The notes beneath the pieces were generated by a model, which saw only the letters and a list, made by a program, of their open reading frames with translations, was not told the origin of the DNA and did no database searches. A DNA stretch of 62,808 nucleotides, filler included, from Choristocarpus tenellus KU-1152 (lineage: Eukaryota > Protista > Phaeophyceae), in assembly GCA_964200185.2 (NCBI GenBank). It is 12 parts of 12 records of this genome, joined end to end, with 100 filler letters (N's around TTAATTAATTAA, not from the genome) between each part and the next. Parts side by side here need not be neighbours in the genome. Positions count along the whole stretch, not along the records: positions 21,854 to 28,587 come from CAXNAD020007468.1; positions 28,688 to 36,148 come from CAXNAD020006116.1; positions 36,249 to 40,742 come from CAXNAD020014304.1; 9 more parts are not named here. The stretch is one strand, 5' to 3'. Made by a program: the position numbers and the translations under genes. Numbering within the stretch: position 1 is the first letter of the stretch; every line of letters starts with the position of its first letter. Positions 26,223 to 39,185 of the stretch are shown here, one piece after another.

Positions 26223-28570
26223 TCAACGTATCCCTAGGTGAGCCATGATCTTATCAAGCTTCTCTTCTATTATCAAGAGGCGGTCCTCCCCCACTGTGCC
26301 AGCTGGTGATTGTGGTGCACGGGATACACTTCCATTGGCTCCGTTGCTGTAGCTCGATGGGGGCGTAGTGGTTGGCATCTTCCCAGGGATTGGTGGGGGC
26401 CCCTGCATGGCGAGGTAGGGAATATACAGGGGTGAGATTGTGACTTGAAGGATAGACTGAGGGCAGCCACTGCAGTTTCTCATCCCTATTGCTTTCACAA
26501 TAGTGTAAATTTGTGGGACAGATTGATTAGATATGATAGTCACAAACCGTGCTGACTAAATAGGTCACTGGAGCATTGCTTTTGATTCTACCTCTACAAA
26601 AACTCCAGCAAGTCCTTCCTTTGTCCTATGAGACAAAACAAAGTTATGGAGCAAGCTGCATTGTAGCAAATACTCTAAATATTGTGTCCAAATTTGGTTC
26701 CATCAAAAAAGAGTAATATCTTGGTTTGGCTATGATTTTTTGGTGTAACAAAAAAAATCTACAGTGGAGTTTCCGTATTCAGCATGGTTTCAAAAAGCAG
26801 TCTTATCCTATGAAATAAAAAAAACATTGGAACTTTTGAAAGTGGCAAGGGTGTTGTGATTTAGACCTGTAACACTACTTCCTTTCCCCAGACTGCACAA
26901 GATCTTGGAGGCTCCAGCAATTGATGTTTATTCTACCTAGGTCTTGGACCCTTGAGGCAGAGGCATTCTCTACTGATGGCATTCAAGACATACTACATAT
27001 AATTAAGCAACCAAACATTAACCAATTCAGCAGCCTCTTGGAATGACCAAAGAAATGCTGTTTCTATCCAAGCAATTGAAGGAGCCATTCAAATGGCCTC
27101 ACTTATAAGCTATTTTCAACTCTAAATCAGTATGGAATAGGCAAAAAACCCCTCAATTCTCTCAGGCAGCACAACTAGTACATCCTCAAATGACAGCCAA
27201 CATTCAGCAGGGAGAGAGAGAGATCACCTACTACTGCAGCTTGCCAACACAAGTTACACATTTTCTCTGTCCCCTGGCACCTTACATATATCTCTTCCTA
27301 GTACAACCCCTCCCTGCAGACCCCCCTCCAAGACACCTTTACACCCCTTCCAAAAGCTCACCTTGCCCGGAAGTGGGGGTGCACCTCCACCACCACCCCC
27401 ATAACCTCCCTTTCCTGCCCCACCTCCTCCACCTGGCTGCCTGCTGGCTAGAGCACTTGCCAAGCTGCTACCTCCACCATATCCCCCCCCACCACCATTT
27501 GAAGCCCCATACCCACCACCTCCAGGTGCAGGTGCTGGAAGCGGCGGTGGCATGCCCCTGCTACCAGGTGTGGGTACTGGGGGAGATGCTGCTTCTCCAC
27601 CTGGAAACGCCCCTCCACCTCCAGATCCTCTTCTGCGGGCCATAGCATTGGCCAGCTCACCCATCATACCCCCGCCACCAGTAGGTAGAGGGGGTGGAGA
27701 GTAAGAAGTGGATGAAGATCCTCCACCACCACCACCTCCCCCGCCACCTCCATTTGGAACCAATCCACCTCCCCCCCGTACCACACTCTTGTCCACAGTT
27801 TCTGTCTTCTTCAGGTTTGTGCCACCCTTCAGTTATATTGGAGCGTTTTTAGAGGATCGAGAGGTAAAGGTCGGCTAGAAGGTGAGGGGTGGAGGGAGGG
27901 AGGGGGAGAGTGTAGATTTGCAATGCTCACACAAGAAGTAGAGTGCAAATTCTGAGGTCTGCCGCACACTGATCACAATAGAACCTTGCTGTTGGAATGA
28001 GAAAACTGATCCAGAGAGGTAACTGGAGCATGAAGGTTGCGGGTGAGTTCCTCATTGACCGCAGCATCCCTGCACCCCAGTAAACAAAACATTTACAAGA
28101 AAAAATTAAAAGCGTACATAAGATCCACAGTCCACCCTGTTCACTCTGGAAGACTGTCGAGATAAAAAAGAGCCCCTTACAAAAGGCACAGGAGAAATTA
28201 CAACTCACTGAGGGGTAAAAAAAAAGGCATACAAAGAATCCGCAATTAAAGAGAATGTGTGCACCGCCACACTCTGCAGTTCTAGTGCTATTTCACACAG
28301 CCGCAGCGATTTCCATTACATTTCCTTCAACCACCTCGAAATCAACTCCCATCATTTCAGCACACAATTGAAGCTGCATAACACAACCTTTCACCAACCC
28401 AACCATCCTCCGACCTCCATACTCCATCCCATTACATCATGTCACACTTAGGGATGGACTGCTCACCCTTATAGCAGAGAGTAGATCACTAGGTGGGGCT
28501 GCACCTCCACCCCCCCCTCCACCCTTTTTCCCCCCACCAAATAGCCCCCCCCCTCCACCTCCAGAGGACC
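26223..28570 (-). CDS. WH2-domain Pro/Gly-rich actin-binding protein (WIP/verprolin- or VASP-like), 5'-truncated
   Basis: Exons 28570-28467, 27826-27362 and 26402-26223 (stop), with canonical phase-0 joins. The spliced WH2 reads SDLLSAIR|GGTNLKKTETVDKS. PPPLP motifs and a C-terminal coiled coil (EDRLLIIEEKLDKIMAHLGIR) are present. Confidence 0.85.
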
Positions 28571-28915
28571 CTGTTTCATCACACAGGNNNNNNNNNNNNN
28601 NNNNNNNNNNNNNNNNNNNNNNNNNNNNNNNTTAATTAATTAANNNNNNNNNNNNNNNNNNNNNNNNNNNNNNNNNNNNNNNNNNNNCCTCAAATTCGTT
28701 GAGGGGGAAGGTTGATGGGGGGGAGCGGAACACCTGTTCAGAGACATGTGCAGGACATGCCACGCTTGTATAAGTGTGTCACCACATACAGACACTACCT
28801 CCTCGTTACCTTCCCCCTCCACCTTGATATTCAATGTGAGAAGGACATTGGCACATGCAGTAACCATAATCTACCCTTGGTGATGGGGTGGGATTTTTTA
28901 TCATGCTTTTGTCAG

Positions 28916-31900
28916 GCGGTTATGATCAAGGCCCAGGATCCCATGCAATACTATACAAACATGCAGAAGCTAGGGCAGGGGGCAAGTGGGGTTGTCTTTG
29001 TTGGTGTTGACACGCGTAATGGCGAGGTGAGGAACAGAGTGCTTATTGTTGAAACTGTGAAACTGACGCAACCAATTTGGAATCTGAAAGGGGTATTTTA
29101 AGAATCATGTGTGAAATAGTTTCAGGGTTGATGAGCTACAAACTAGTTCGCATCTGTAAAAGGTTGGCATGCTGAGCTACCTGCCAAAACGCCACATTGT
29201 GAAAGCAAGCTGTGGTTGAAAGATTGAGACATTTCAAAGGATGTACTCAGCCAGGTTTTTCATGAGGAACGTAATTATCACCAACACAAAATCTGATTTA
29301 TCCTGTAGAACAAGTTATTGTACCAGTTGAGGTAAGTAGTTCAGATGATATGGTATTTGCTATTTCTGTGTATACTTTCACACTTAATCTGAATGGTGTA
29401 GGATAAAAGGTCTCCTTGGTTTATGCAGCAGCAGAGCATAACATTTTCTAGGGGGAAGACCTAGAGGCAGTAGAGGATACTGGCAGGGTGAATGGAAGGG
29501 GAGGGGGGTAATGTCCCAGTAAGCATCCCTTGCTTTGTTGAATTTGGTGCTTGGTTGTTGGGGACGGGGTGCCTGATGAAGGTTATCTTACTAGACTAGT
29601 ATAAGAAAGCAGTAGTAGTTATGTGATGCCTTTTGTGTGAGACATAGATTGATTTCCCTTGCCAATTTTCAGGGTACAAACAAGTAACCCCCTCATGCCC
29701 AAGCCCAAAGAGTGTGCCATCAGACATCACATGCTCCTGTTGTCGGTGTCTGTTCTGCTAATGCATGCAATTCACCGCTAACTGCCCTACTACAACACTT
29801 CACCAGGTGTGCATGTGATTACAACATTAGGTTCATGCAACACCTCCCCCCCGCCCCACAGCAAACTCCCACCCACCATTTACACAAGTACAAGAAAAAT
29901 GTGTATCTTATACCGCCATCCTTTTTTGCTGTGCAGAAATGTGCGCTGAAGTTTTGTCCTGTGGCAGAGCTGGATGACCTCCGGAATGAGATAGGGATGC
30001 AGTGTCTCAGCAAGCACCAAAATATTGTTAATTTCAGAGAGGCGTTTGTCACAAAGACTGAGGCAAGCAAGGCAACTTCCCTGCATTTCAATTGAAAATG
30101 ATGATATGCACTCGTTTGTTGGTGTGCAGGACAATGTAATATATCGATGTTAGTAGTATTTTGTTTTTACAACGAAATAGAACAAAAACTGTGTGGGTTG
30201 CTTTGGGTGTGCTTGTGTGTGTGTTGGGATATGACATTGGCAATGCTTCCTTGTGTGTTGTGTTGGGCTACAATTTCTTTTGACATCCATCTATTGGTTG
30301 AAGGGATTCTGTGTGAAGGTGGGTTGTTAAGGTGAGAAACATAAGCTGAGCAAGGATCAGGTCTGTAAAGAGTCCGGTTTTGTGAGAAGGAGGAAATGGC
30401 TACCATAATATGGCGACAATAAGATAAATTTTCTGAGCTTGTGGTGTTAGTATGTCACGTCACCCTGATGGTGTTTTGTTGGTGGTGCAGGTGGTCATAG
30501 TGATGGACTACATGGAGGGGGGGTCATTGACGGATGTACTGGGCACTAATGTGGATTTCCCGGAGCCCCACCTGGCGTATGTGTGCAAGATGATGCTTGA
30601 GGCGCTGTCCTTCATGCACTCGCAGCACCGCCTGCATAGGGATGTCAAGAGCGATAATGTGCTGGTGAGACTTTTGTTTGTATGCTTCCGCAAAAGGTTT
30701 TGTTTTCATGGGGAGGCAGTACATGGTCGAAGAATTATGGACAAACACACTGCCCTCGCACCCTCTCCTTGGGGATTCTTGGAGGGGGATAATTGGTATA
30801 AAGTATATTTTAATCTGCACTTCTCCTTGCTTGGACTGTTGGACATTGTTTTTAAGTACGTGTACTCATTGGGTTGATCGAACTGGTAATATTCGTGTGA
30901 CATAGCTTGAGTGCTTTGTCCTTGTGGAAGACAGAGTGCTGTAAGAATAACATGTGTTGCAGAGGAAAGGGCTCCAAGCGTGATAGGTTAACTCTAGCAT
31001 CAAGTGTTACATTGTCTGAGGTGTGTCTGAGGTGTGTTTAGCTTAAGATCTGCTCTTTCTTAAACTAAACTTACTGTTTGGTGTAAGGCAGTATGTAAAA
31101 GAGACGTCTCTTGCCTTGATAACGTGGTACCATCATCACTGGGGTGTTGTTGACTTCAAGGGCTCCTATGGCTATACTTTTTGGTGCGCGTTTTTTTAGC
31201 CCTATTGAGGACTCTTTTGGCTAAGAATGTGTTAACAGCTAATATTTTCTTCTAGAGCCTCTTGTCCTTGACAGGGGTTAATCACTTTTGCAGAAGAACA
31301 CTGAGCTCTTGCATGGCAGACCACTTTGCTGTTTCAGATGCACACACACCAATGATCAGTCTTACCCTGTCCATGCTCGCTTTCCATTGTCCGTGTTGTT
31401 GGGGGGGGGCGGATGTGTGACAGGTTGACAAGCATGGAAGGGTTAAGCTGGCAGACTTTGGCTTTGCAGCAAACCTCACAAGGGAGCAGGAGAAGCGTGC
31501 AAGTGTGGTTGGAACACCTTATTGGATGGCACCAGAGATCATCAAGGGGTTAGAGTACGATGGCGAGGTTAGTGTAATATTGTGTTGGCCAAAAAATGTC
31601 CATGTTGGAAAGGAGTGCGTATAATGTTATCATGCAGTGGGGCCACATGCCCTCCAGTATTAAAGACTTGCATGTACAATTAATTTTTGGTGGAATGCCT
31701 TCGTTCATATGCTATCACAGACGAGAAATCAAAATGCTTAGGTTTTGGAACAAGTAGAAAGATTCTATACTGATGTAGAATATTTCTTGAGAAGTAGTGT
31801 GATCGAAAAAACGATTCCTGTGCGGTGGGTGAGCTAACAACACTTTGGTGGATTCTTACCAGCAAAAAAAAATGGCAATCTACAGTTTAAAAAAAAAATG

Positions 31901-32849
31901 GTATGTGATTGGAGAAACAATCGCTGTGCAATGGTGAAAAATGCTTTGATGGACTCTTCCCACAAAAAAGCAATATGCAGTTGCAGTTTAGATAACGCCA
32001 CAGGGTTGTACACATGCGTAGTCTATTTCGTCTATTCCCCCTTCTGATCTCAGTAACGCCTCTGACCAGGTGGATATCTGGAGTCTGGGAATCACGGCGT
32101 TAGAGATGGCACAAGGGGAGCCCCCACTGCTGCATGAGCCCCCCCTTCGTGCTTTGCTGCTGATCAGCATTAATCCACCTCCTGGCTTGAATGATCCAAA
32201 CAAGTGGTCGAGGGGTTTCAACCATTTCCTGGGGCGTTGTCTCGACACAGATGTGAGTTTTCCTTTTGAAGGTGGATTTGATGCTGTGGTGTGTTGTGTG
32301 AATTCGAGATGACTTTTTTTTTCTCAAGTGGAAAATGTTTGTTTATCTGTGAGTGTTTTCTACTCTAGGAAGTATGTGCTGTAGCGGTTAGAGGGATATG
32401 GGGCATGCAAAGACTTGTCCTGATCAAACCACTGTAAGAGCGGCATGTCCTTTGGCCTTCCCTGTGTTCCGGGTTGTGGATGTCTATACATTGAAGTGCC
32501 ACATTTTTCTTGGCATTGTGCATGATGCGTTTTCACCAAAGAGCAGGTTTAGCAACGAAGCTGCAGGGAGGAGGCAGTTGTGCTGTGGTCAAACATTGAA
32601 GCTTACAAACCTTGCGCAGACCTTGCATTAGTAAACACTCCCACAATCCCACGTCCAGTTGACCTTTTGGTATCTGCTTTTGTGTGGGGGTCTATTGGGA
32701 TGTATCTTTGGGTGTTTCTGTGCTCCCAGGTGGACCGCCGAGCGTCGGCTGACCAACTCCTGGCACACCCCTTTATTGGCACTGCAAGCACACAAGAGGA
32801 GTTTGCGTTGTATGTCCGGACAATGATTGCCAAGAAACGGCAGAAGTAG
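28916..32849 (+). CDS. PAK/STE20-family Ser/Thr kinase (kinase domain and C-terminus), 5'-truncated
   Basis: Exons 28916-29026, 29937-30062, 30491-30664, 31424-31567, 32070-32252 and 32730-32849. Motifs [33 protein letters not shown] and DIWSLGI are all in frame. Confidence 0.93.
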
Positions 32850-34902
32850 AGGGAGAGCAGGAGGCTCCATGAGGAGCGGGAGGGGGAGCGGGGGAGTCTG
32901 TGACTTGTAGGCAAAGCATGCCTTGTTGAAGGGAAGTGGATGGGGAAGCGTAGGAGAGATGGGGCTGCTTGCTCTGCTGTGTGTCTTGTTTTTCATGAAG
33001 AAAAGTTAAAAATAGTGTTATTTACTTACATATACCTGTATTTGGTGGGTGTTGTGGTGTGTTGGATTGAGATAGCATTGGTCTTGCCAGCATCATCTCA
33101 GCCCCTTTGCTAAGGATAGAAAACAGTAGTTTGGTAGTGAGAGGGTTGCACCTCCATTTGTAAATTAACTGAAGTCTTTCAGGGGAGATGTGGTGGGTTG
33201 ATTGGGTAAGATGAGGGTAGTTTTGCATTTTTGTTGGAGTATGTTTCACAACATGATAAACAGTCATGCCGGTGGAGTAACCAGGCACAAGTATGTGTTG
33301 CCAAGTGGGAAAAAATTGTTTTGATGGGGTTGTGACAGTGGCTTGTCCACAAAGTGTTTTGTGTATTATTTCCCAAAGGGCCTGTATTGTGGGTCTTAGT
33401 GTTCATCCCAGGACCATGTGTCGCTGAACCATGTGTAGCTAGCCTGTGGAGTCAAAAAGGAGAGAGTGGTCCGTTTTTGTCGCCCTGCCTACTCTTGTTT
33501 TATTGTGTTTTGCTTTGTAATCAAAGTGGCAGGGCAGCTCTCCTTTTTTTATATACTTGCTTGAAGAGAGTTTTGCGAATAGGGTTAACAGGGTGAAAAT
33601 ATATGCATGTTTTTTTTTCTGTGTACCCTGTGAGTGGCATGCATAAGGAGTGTGACGGTGATCAAGATCTTAGTTTGGAGAAGGCAATTCGCAGTAACAA
33701 GCAGATCTCAAAGGAAGAAAACCCAATGAAGTGTATTCAAAGCGACAGGATGTGTTGCTGTGAGAGTTGTGGTAGGTACTGCTCACATCAGTTTCCCTTG
33801 CTAAACACAAAACCTCCCATAGTGGTGATAGATGGACTGAGGTGGAAGCAAGATTGGAAAACCTTCCGTATGGGGCGGAGTGTGCTCAACACTGTGGAAC
33901 TGACCCGGAAATAAAATGTGTTATTTTGAGGTGTTACGAGCGAGATAGTGCATATTATCGATACAATCAATCCCCTTCGAAAAAGATGTCCTCAAGCATT
34001 CTAGATCTGTATAATATACACATCCCCCCCATCAAAACATCTACAAAATGTCAATAAACGTAATATATTACACTATTAATCAGTATGTCAATAGCCCGCA
34101 AGAACCCATATGAACAGAAATTTCCCCAATCTCATGACTACACGATAGTCTGGGTTATATCCAATATTGTGGTCAGAATAGTAAAGGGAAATTATCGCAC
34201 TTGTGTAAAGAAGAAGAATAAAAATGAAATACACGAATAATTATACTATCTCTTCCTCCTTGCCCATAAATCATTCGTACATCAAGTACTCTGCAGTAGT
34301 GTAAAAGGATGATGACTTGATTTTTCTCTCATCTTCAAAGTACTACTTGTGGTATAGTACGGAGTGAGTTGTGGAAATCGAAACCTTCATTTTGTTCGGA
34401 CAAATTTTCCACAAGGAATCCAATGTTGATTGTCTCACAAGTCGATTTCTCACACAGAAGAATAGATAGATATAATACAGAAGAAATGCCTCAGACAATT
34501 TCCCTTACATTTTTGTATAGTTTATTTTGGAAGAAACGTCCTATGTGTTCCGAATGGTTCGTTTAACACAAATGGAATACTTTTTACGATCAGTAATCGC
34601 CAGTACATCATCCATAAACCACTGTCTTCAGACGCACTGACAGTGGATGGTAGTATATTGAAGCTGAAGCAGGACATCACACCTAGGTGCAAAAAGCAAA
34701 ACCATGTTGTTTTGTGTAACAGTAGTGTGTCCCCATACACAATATACACGACATACATACATTATTAATACTGCTATTATACCCACCAAATAATTGTGTA
34801 ACAGACAGGTGTGTCGTGCAAAGAATGAAGTGCGTTATTCTTATGTAACAGGTGCCCTGCATGCAATTGCATAGAGTGCTATGAATACACTCCATAACAA
34901 GT

Positions 34903-35145
34903 TAGCCAAAGTAAGCAAAAGGTACCCAGGTTTTGGTCGTTTTGCATTCAAAGTAATTTTGTCAACCTTTTGTAAAAATTCACACATATTTCTATGGATG
35001 GAGTGCCAAGTTCGATTTGAGAGTGTTTATCTCTCTAGTGTTCGAAATTCTTGGACAGAACTCAGAAAATGTCCTATAAGCTTTTGTAAAAAAAATCGGA
35101 TTTTGCACATATTATTTGTCAGGTACTTCTTGTTTACTTTGACTC
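34903..35145. mobile_element. MITE family C copy
   Basis: (T)AGCCAAAGTAA...TTTACTTTGACTC. The body is similar to the copies at 9068, 35446 and 47986. Confidence 0.7.
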
Positions 35146-35445
35146 GGTGTCACTACTACTTGAAGTGCTCCACCCTAGAGGCCTGCCTGCCTGCTACTGC
35201 TGTCGCTACTGTTACAACCATGATTCCTCCACTCAGGTAGCGTTTACCTTATTGCAGAACTTTGCCGCAACCCGTTTTCAGGAGAGCTAGTTCACTCTTT
35301 TTGATATGACATCGTGCGCACGTAACTCACACAACCTGATCCTCATTATTTCGGGATACGTAAGGAATCTTCTTTGTTGGTTTTGATTATCTCTTTTGGG
35401 ATCCAAGCCTACATCTACGAACCTGGGCAAGCTCAATGTCAGACT

Positions 35446-35704
35446 GAGTCAAAGTAAACGAGACGTACCCAGAGTTGCATGTTAAGGATGCTGACAAATA
35501 TTATGCACGAATTTCGGTTTTATTGAAAATGCCTGTAGGACATTTTCTGAATTGTATCGGAAAAGTTTCAAAAAATATAAAAATAAACCCTCTATAGTGA
35601 AACTTAGAACTCCATCCATAAAAATATGGGTGAAATGCAAAAGATTGAAGAACAGACTTAAAATGCAAAACTCTCAAAACCTGAGTACTCGTTTCCTTTG
35701 ACTC
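35446..35704. mobile_element. MITE family C copy, inverted relative to the 34903 copy
   Basis: GAGTCAAAGTAAAC...GTTTCCTTTGACTC with ACT/ACT flanks. Confidence 0.75.
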
Positions 35705-36719
35705 ACTGTAACACTAATGCATGCCGCAAATATGATGAAACAAACAGGTGAAAGTTTGAACCAAACCTTAGTATGCCGGTGCCATAAATGAATGCACTAT
35801 TGTTCTTGATACTCTCTTTGTTGAGCCCCCCATAGTAGTCTGTCTCTTTCACAACAAGCGAAAGAGTGTTCGCCTGCCCGACCCTCGGTTGCCTCTGGGG
35901 ATGCAGGGACCTGCTGCATGCTCTAGTTGCCTGCTCACTTGCCCACTACTTCGGGTAACTCGACTCTGAGAAATATTCTACACAACATGATAAAATCAGC
36001 ATACAAATTTGTGATCGGAAATCCATGGCATAAATCAGAGTTGAACACTTTTTGTACCTACAGTTGGATAGAATTTCGTGTGTATAAGGGTCAAAGTATC
36101 TGGGGGGGGGTGTCGACGTCCGTTTTTCAGACCCAAAGTATCTGGGAGNNNNNNNNNNNNNNNNNNNNNNNNNNNNNNNNNNNNNNNNNNNNTTAATTAA
36201 TTAANNNNNNNNNNNNNNNNNNNNNNNNNNNNNNNNNNNNNNNNNNNNGGGGAGCTGTCTACACCACGGTGTCCATTTGGAAAAGTGCACTTACATTATC
36301 CATCCGACGTATGCAACCAAATCACCCAAAAATTGCGACATGAACAAATTGACCCCAAATGGACAGCCGTCACACACACACCCCCAGACACTTTGAACCA
36401 AAAAGGAAAAATGAAATTAAAAAGAAAGAAAAAAATCGGTGGATATTGAGGGCAACAAAAACGGAAAAAATGAGAAATAAAAATAATAAAAATGAAATAA
36501 TATATCGAAGAACAAACCTGTATATATTACTTACAATAGAAATAAAATAAAAATAATACAACATCACCGAAATCACGTGAAAAAATAGAAAGAGAAAAGT
36601 TTTGATTTTTTTGCATATATTTTAAACGAAATATAGACTACTTGTTATCCAACCCATATATATTACTGTATGGTCTGATGTGGGCAGGTTTTTGGGTACA
36701 ACTTCTACCCTACGTTCCT

Positions 36720-39185
36720 TTCAGTGACAATAACTATCGATGCTTGCTCCTAAAGCAATTTCATAAGGCACCCCCACTATCCTAAATGCCACATTTCGCA
36801 CTTTATCTGTCCTCTGGGGGGAAACGCTATTGGAAGTTTGCATGACCTCAATACCTGCATAGGTGAAATATTGCACCCTCTCTGGGGTTTGCTGCATGTA
36901 AGGCACCTTTGCCTACTATGTTGAGATGTGGTAAGCAATTGTCACCCCTTCAAAGAGCAGTCCTGAGCAAAAAACAGACGAGACGTAATTCCCTCCTCCT
37001 GGACCTGTGTCAAGAAGCACCTGGACAGGCATTCTCGAGTGGACTCTGCGTGGATGCCATAGTAGGGTCGATATATCCATACTTGACTAGTGCAATGGGC
37101 AGGTGTCATGGCGAACATTATCGAGTTGGGAATGGGAGTCTTACTGTCTATAGTTCGAATGACAGGGATCCTGGAGCCTCAGACTCCAGGGTGTCACTGC
37201 TTCAAGACGACTCTGAAGCGTCCGAATCGGTTGGGCTTTTCGCGAAAAGTGGAGGGAGTTCCGAGTCTTGCATCGCTGCTAGGTATTTTGGAGATGTGTA
37301 TTTGTTAAGGCTACCATCTCATACGCGACTCATCAATAGATTTAGTAACTTGGGATTTGTGGGAAGGTCTCGAAAGATCTGAGAAGTATCCCTTGGGTAC
37401 TACAGACTCGTCGTGTGTATACCTGACCTGCGGCTTACAGACCTGAAGCAATCTCGACCATAGGCGTGACGAAAGCAAACCCGATGTGCTTTTAGCCATG
37501 CAATGACTATGTCTTAGGAGACGGATGGTGGAGGAAAGTCCTTACCCGAGTAGTGTGGACTTGTATCGCTCGCCCTGTCCGTGGCTAAGGAAGATGTGGA
37601 TCGATGCACAAGCTGTGACTTGTCGAACGGGTTTTGATGCTTTGCTTTTTGGAACGAACGAGGCACTGTGTTTCTCAAGAACGCAAGCAGGTTGGTTATT
37701 TAAAGCAGCACAGACAGCGGGTGATGAGTTCTGGGTTAAAACAAGTTGAAACATTGGCGCAAGGGCTGCCCGTACACTGTGGACAACCTCTTTGTGTGGC
37801 AGTGAAGTTTGGCTTGATACCTCTTCGTGCATGAACGTCCTGTTCTGGGAAGAAAGTCCCAGTTTCTGCCTGACAATCGGGGCTTCGGCAGAGACGGAAA
37901 AAGGTTGTGACATGCCAGCGAACATAGCACGCGCATCTGCCGTGATACCCAAAGTAGTGGGAGTCTTGTCCTCGTACAATGCAGCTTTTTTGCATTTCAG
38001 TTGACTGGGACAAATGTGTATTGGTCGCTTCGATTGGATAATTCCTCATGAGATTGATTCAAAGATCTATTTTGCTTTGATTCCATGGTTTACCATTTCG
38101 TTAAAGGATATTCTCCGAAATTCCTAGTAGGCCAATTTGACTTCATATTTTTTTCCAATTTTTTTTTTCCAAAATAGAAATGTTATGTTCTGGAACTAAT
38201 TTGATCTAGGACATCAAACAGAGTTGGGAGGGGCCGTTCATACAAATCAATGAGTTTTTCTTCACCTATGTATGTATCCCCCCCCAACAAAAGAGCTTCA
38301 TATATATGAGGCATCCGAGAGTCCACGGTATACGCTCGATAGTGCAAAACTAGGCGTTTGGCCGCAGCCTTCCAAGACTCTCCTTTCTCCGTCTTAAAAT
38401 GACTCATTGCAACCTTCACTGTGATTTTTGATTGGCTATGTGAAAGGGCGTATTCTCTCACCAAAATGTGGACCCGCATGTCGTCTCGAGGAACCTGTAA
38501 GAATTTCCCTGTGATGCTCGGGACGTCGATTGTAGACGAGTCATCCAGAAGGATCACTGTGTGTCCTAAGGAAATCAGACAAGAATTGTTTGAGGACCTC
38601 GATGCGGAAAGTGTTAAGTTATCACTGCGTGGACGCGATGCATGAACGCGTTGAGCCGTCACAACTGGGTTGAAACTTCTCTGAATCACTGATTCCCGGC
38701 GGAATCTGTGCATCAGGCATGACTTCGATTCCTGCGCACTCTGTGAGCCAGACATGTCTGCGAACCTGAGCAATAAGAGAACAGCGCGACACACGGAAAA
38801 CAGATCGGGAATGTGAGTGTACGAATGGCGAGAAATAACTACCTAGTCAACGTCTATACCATGGCCGTCAGAGACCACTCGTTTACGATAAGAGGTATAT
38901 GGTGCCTCCCTTGGAGGCACAGATGTTTCTCCAAGTTAGGAGGTGATGAAAGCGCTCCAAGACCACCCAAGGAGACGACAAAACCAAGAGGAGAGAATCT
39001 AGCCCAATAGTAGGGAGCTACCAAGATCCTAAGAGTGCTGAATTGAATACTGAGTATTCTCTCCAGTTTGAAGAGACCAGGTAGGACCTCCATGCAGCAC
39101 GCAGAAGCTTACCTCCACAGGATGTATAGGTCCAATCGCAGGCCTATACATCCTGTGGAGACAGCTTCTTGAGCGTGCTGTAACA
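36720..39185 (-). mobile_element. Degenerate Ty3/Gypsy LTR retrotransposon (putative LTR, gag, protease, RT fragment)
   Basis: The minus strand starts TGTTACAG at 39185. Gag-like ORF 38183-38794 (FKTEKGESWKAAAKRL). Aspartic protease motif VQVLLDTGPGGGNYVS near 37030. RT-like PED/DK..AFRIVGVPYE near 36770-36820. Confidence 0.7.
39093..39182. other. 90-nt near-perfect hairpin
   Basis: Perfect 18-bp stem (39113-39130 with 39143-39160), extended by AGAAGCT/AGCTTCT and TGCAGCACGC/GCGTGCTGTA. Loop of about 8 nt. Confidence 0.85.

Noticed and set aside
36909-37382. 157-aa plus-strand ORF
   Set aside because: It is antisense to the retroelement protease region and has no recognisable domain.
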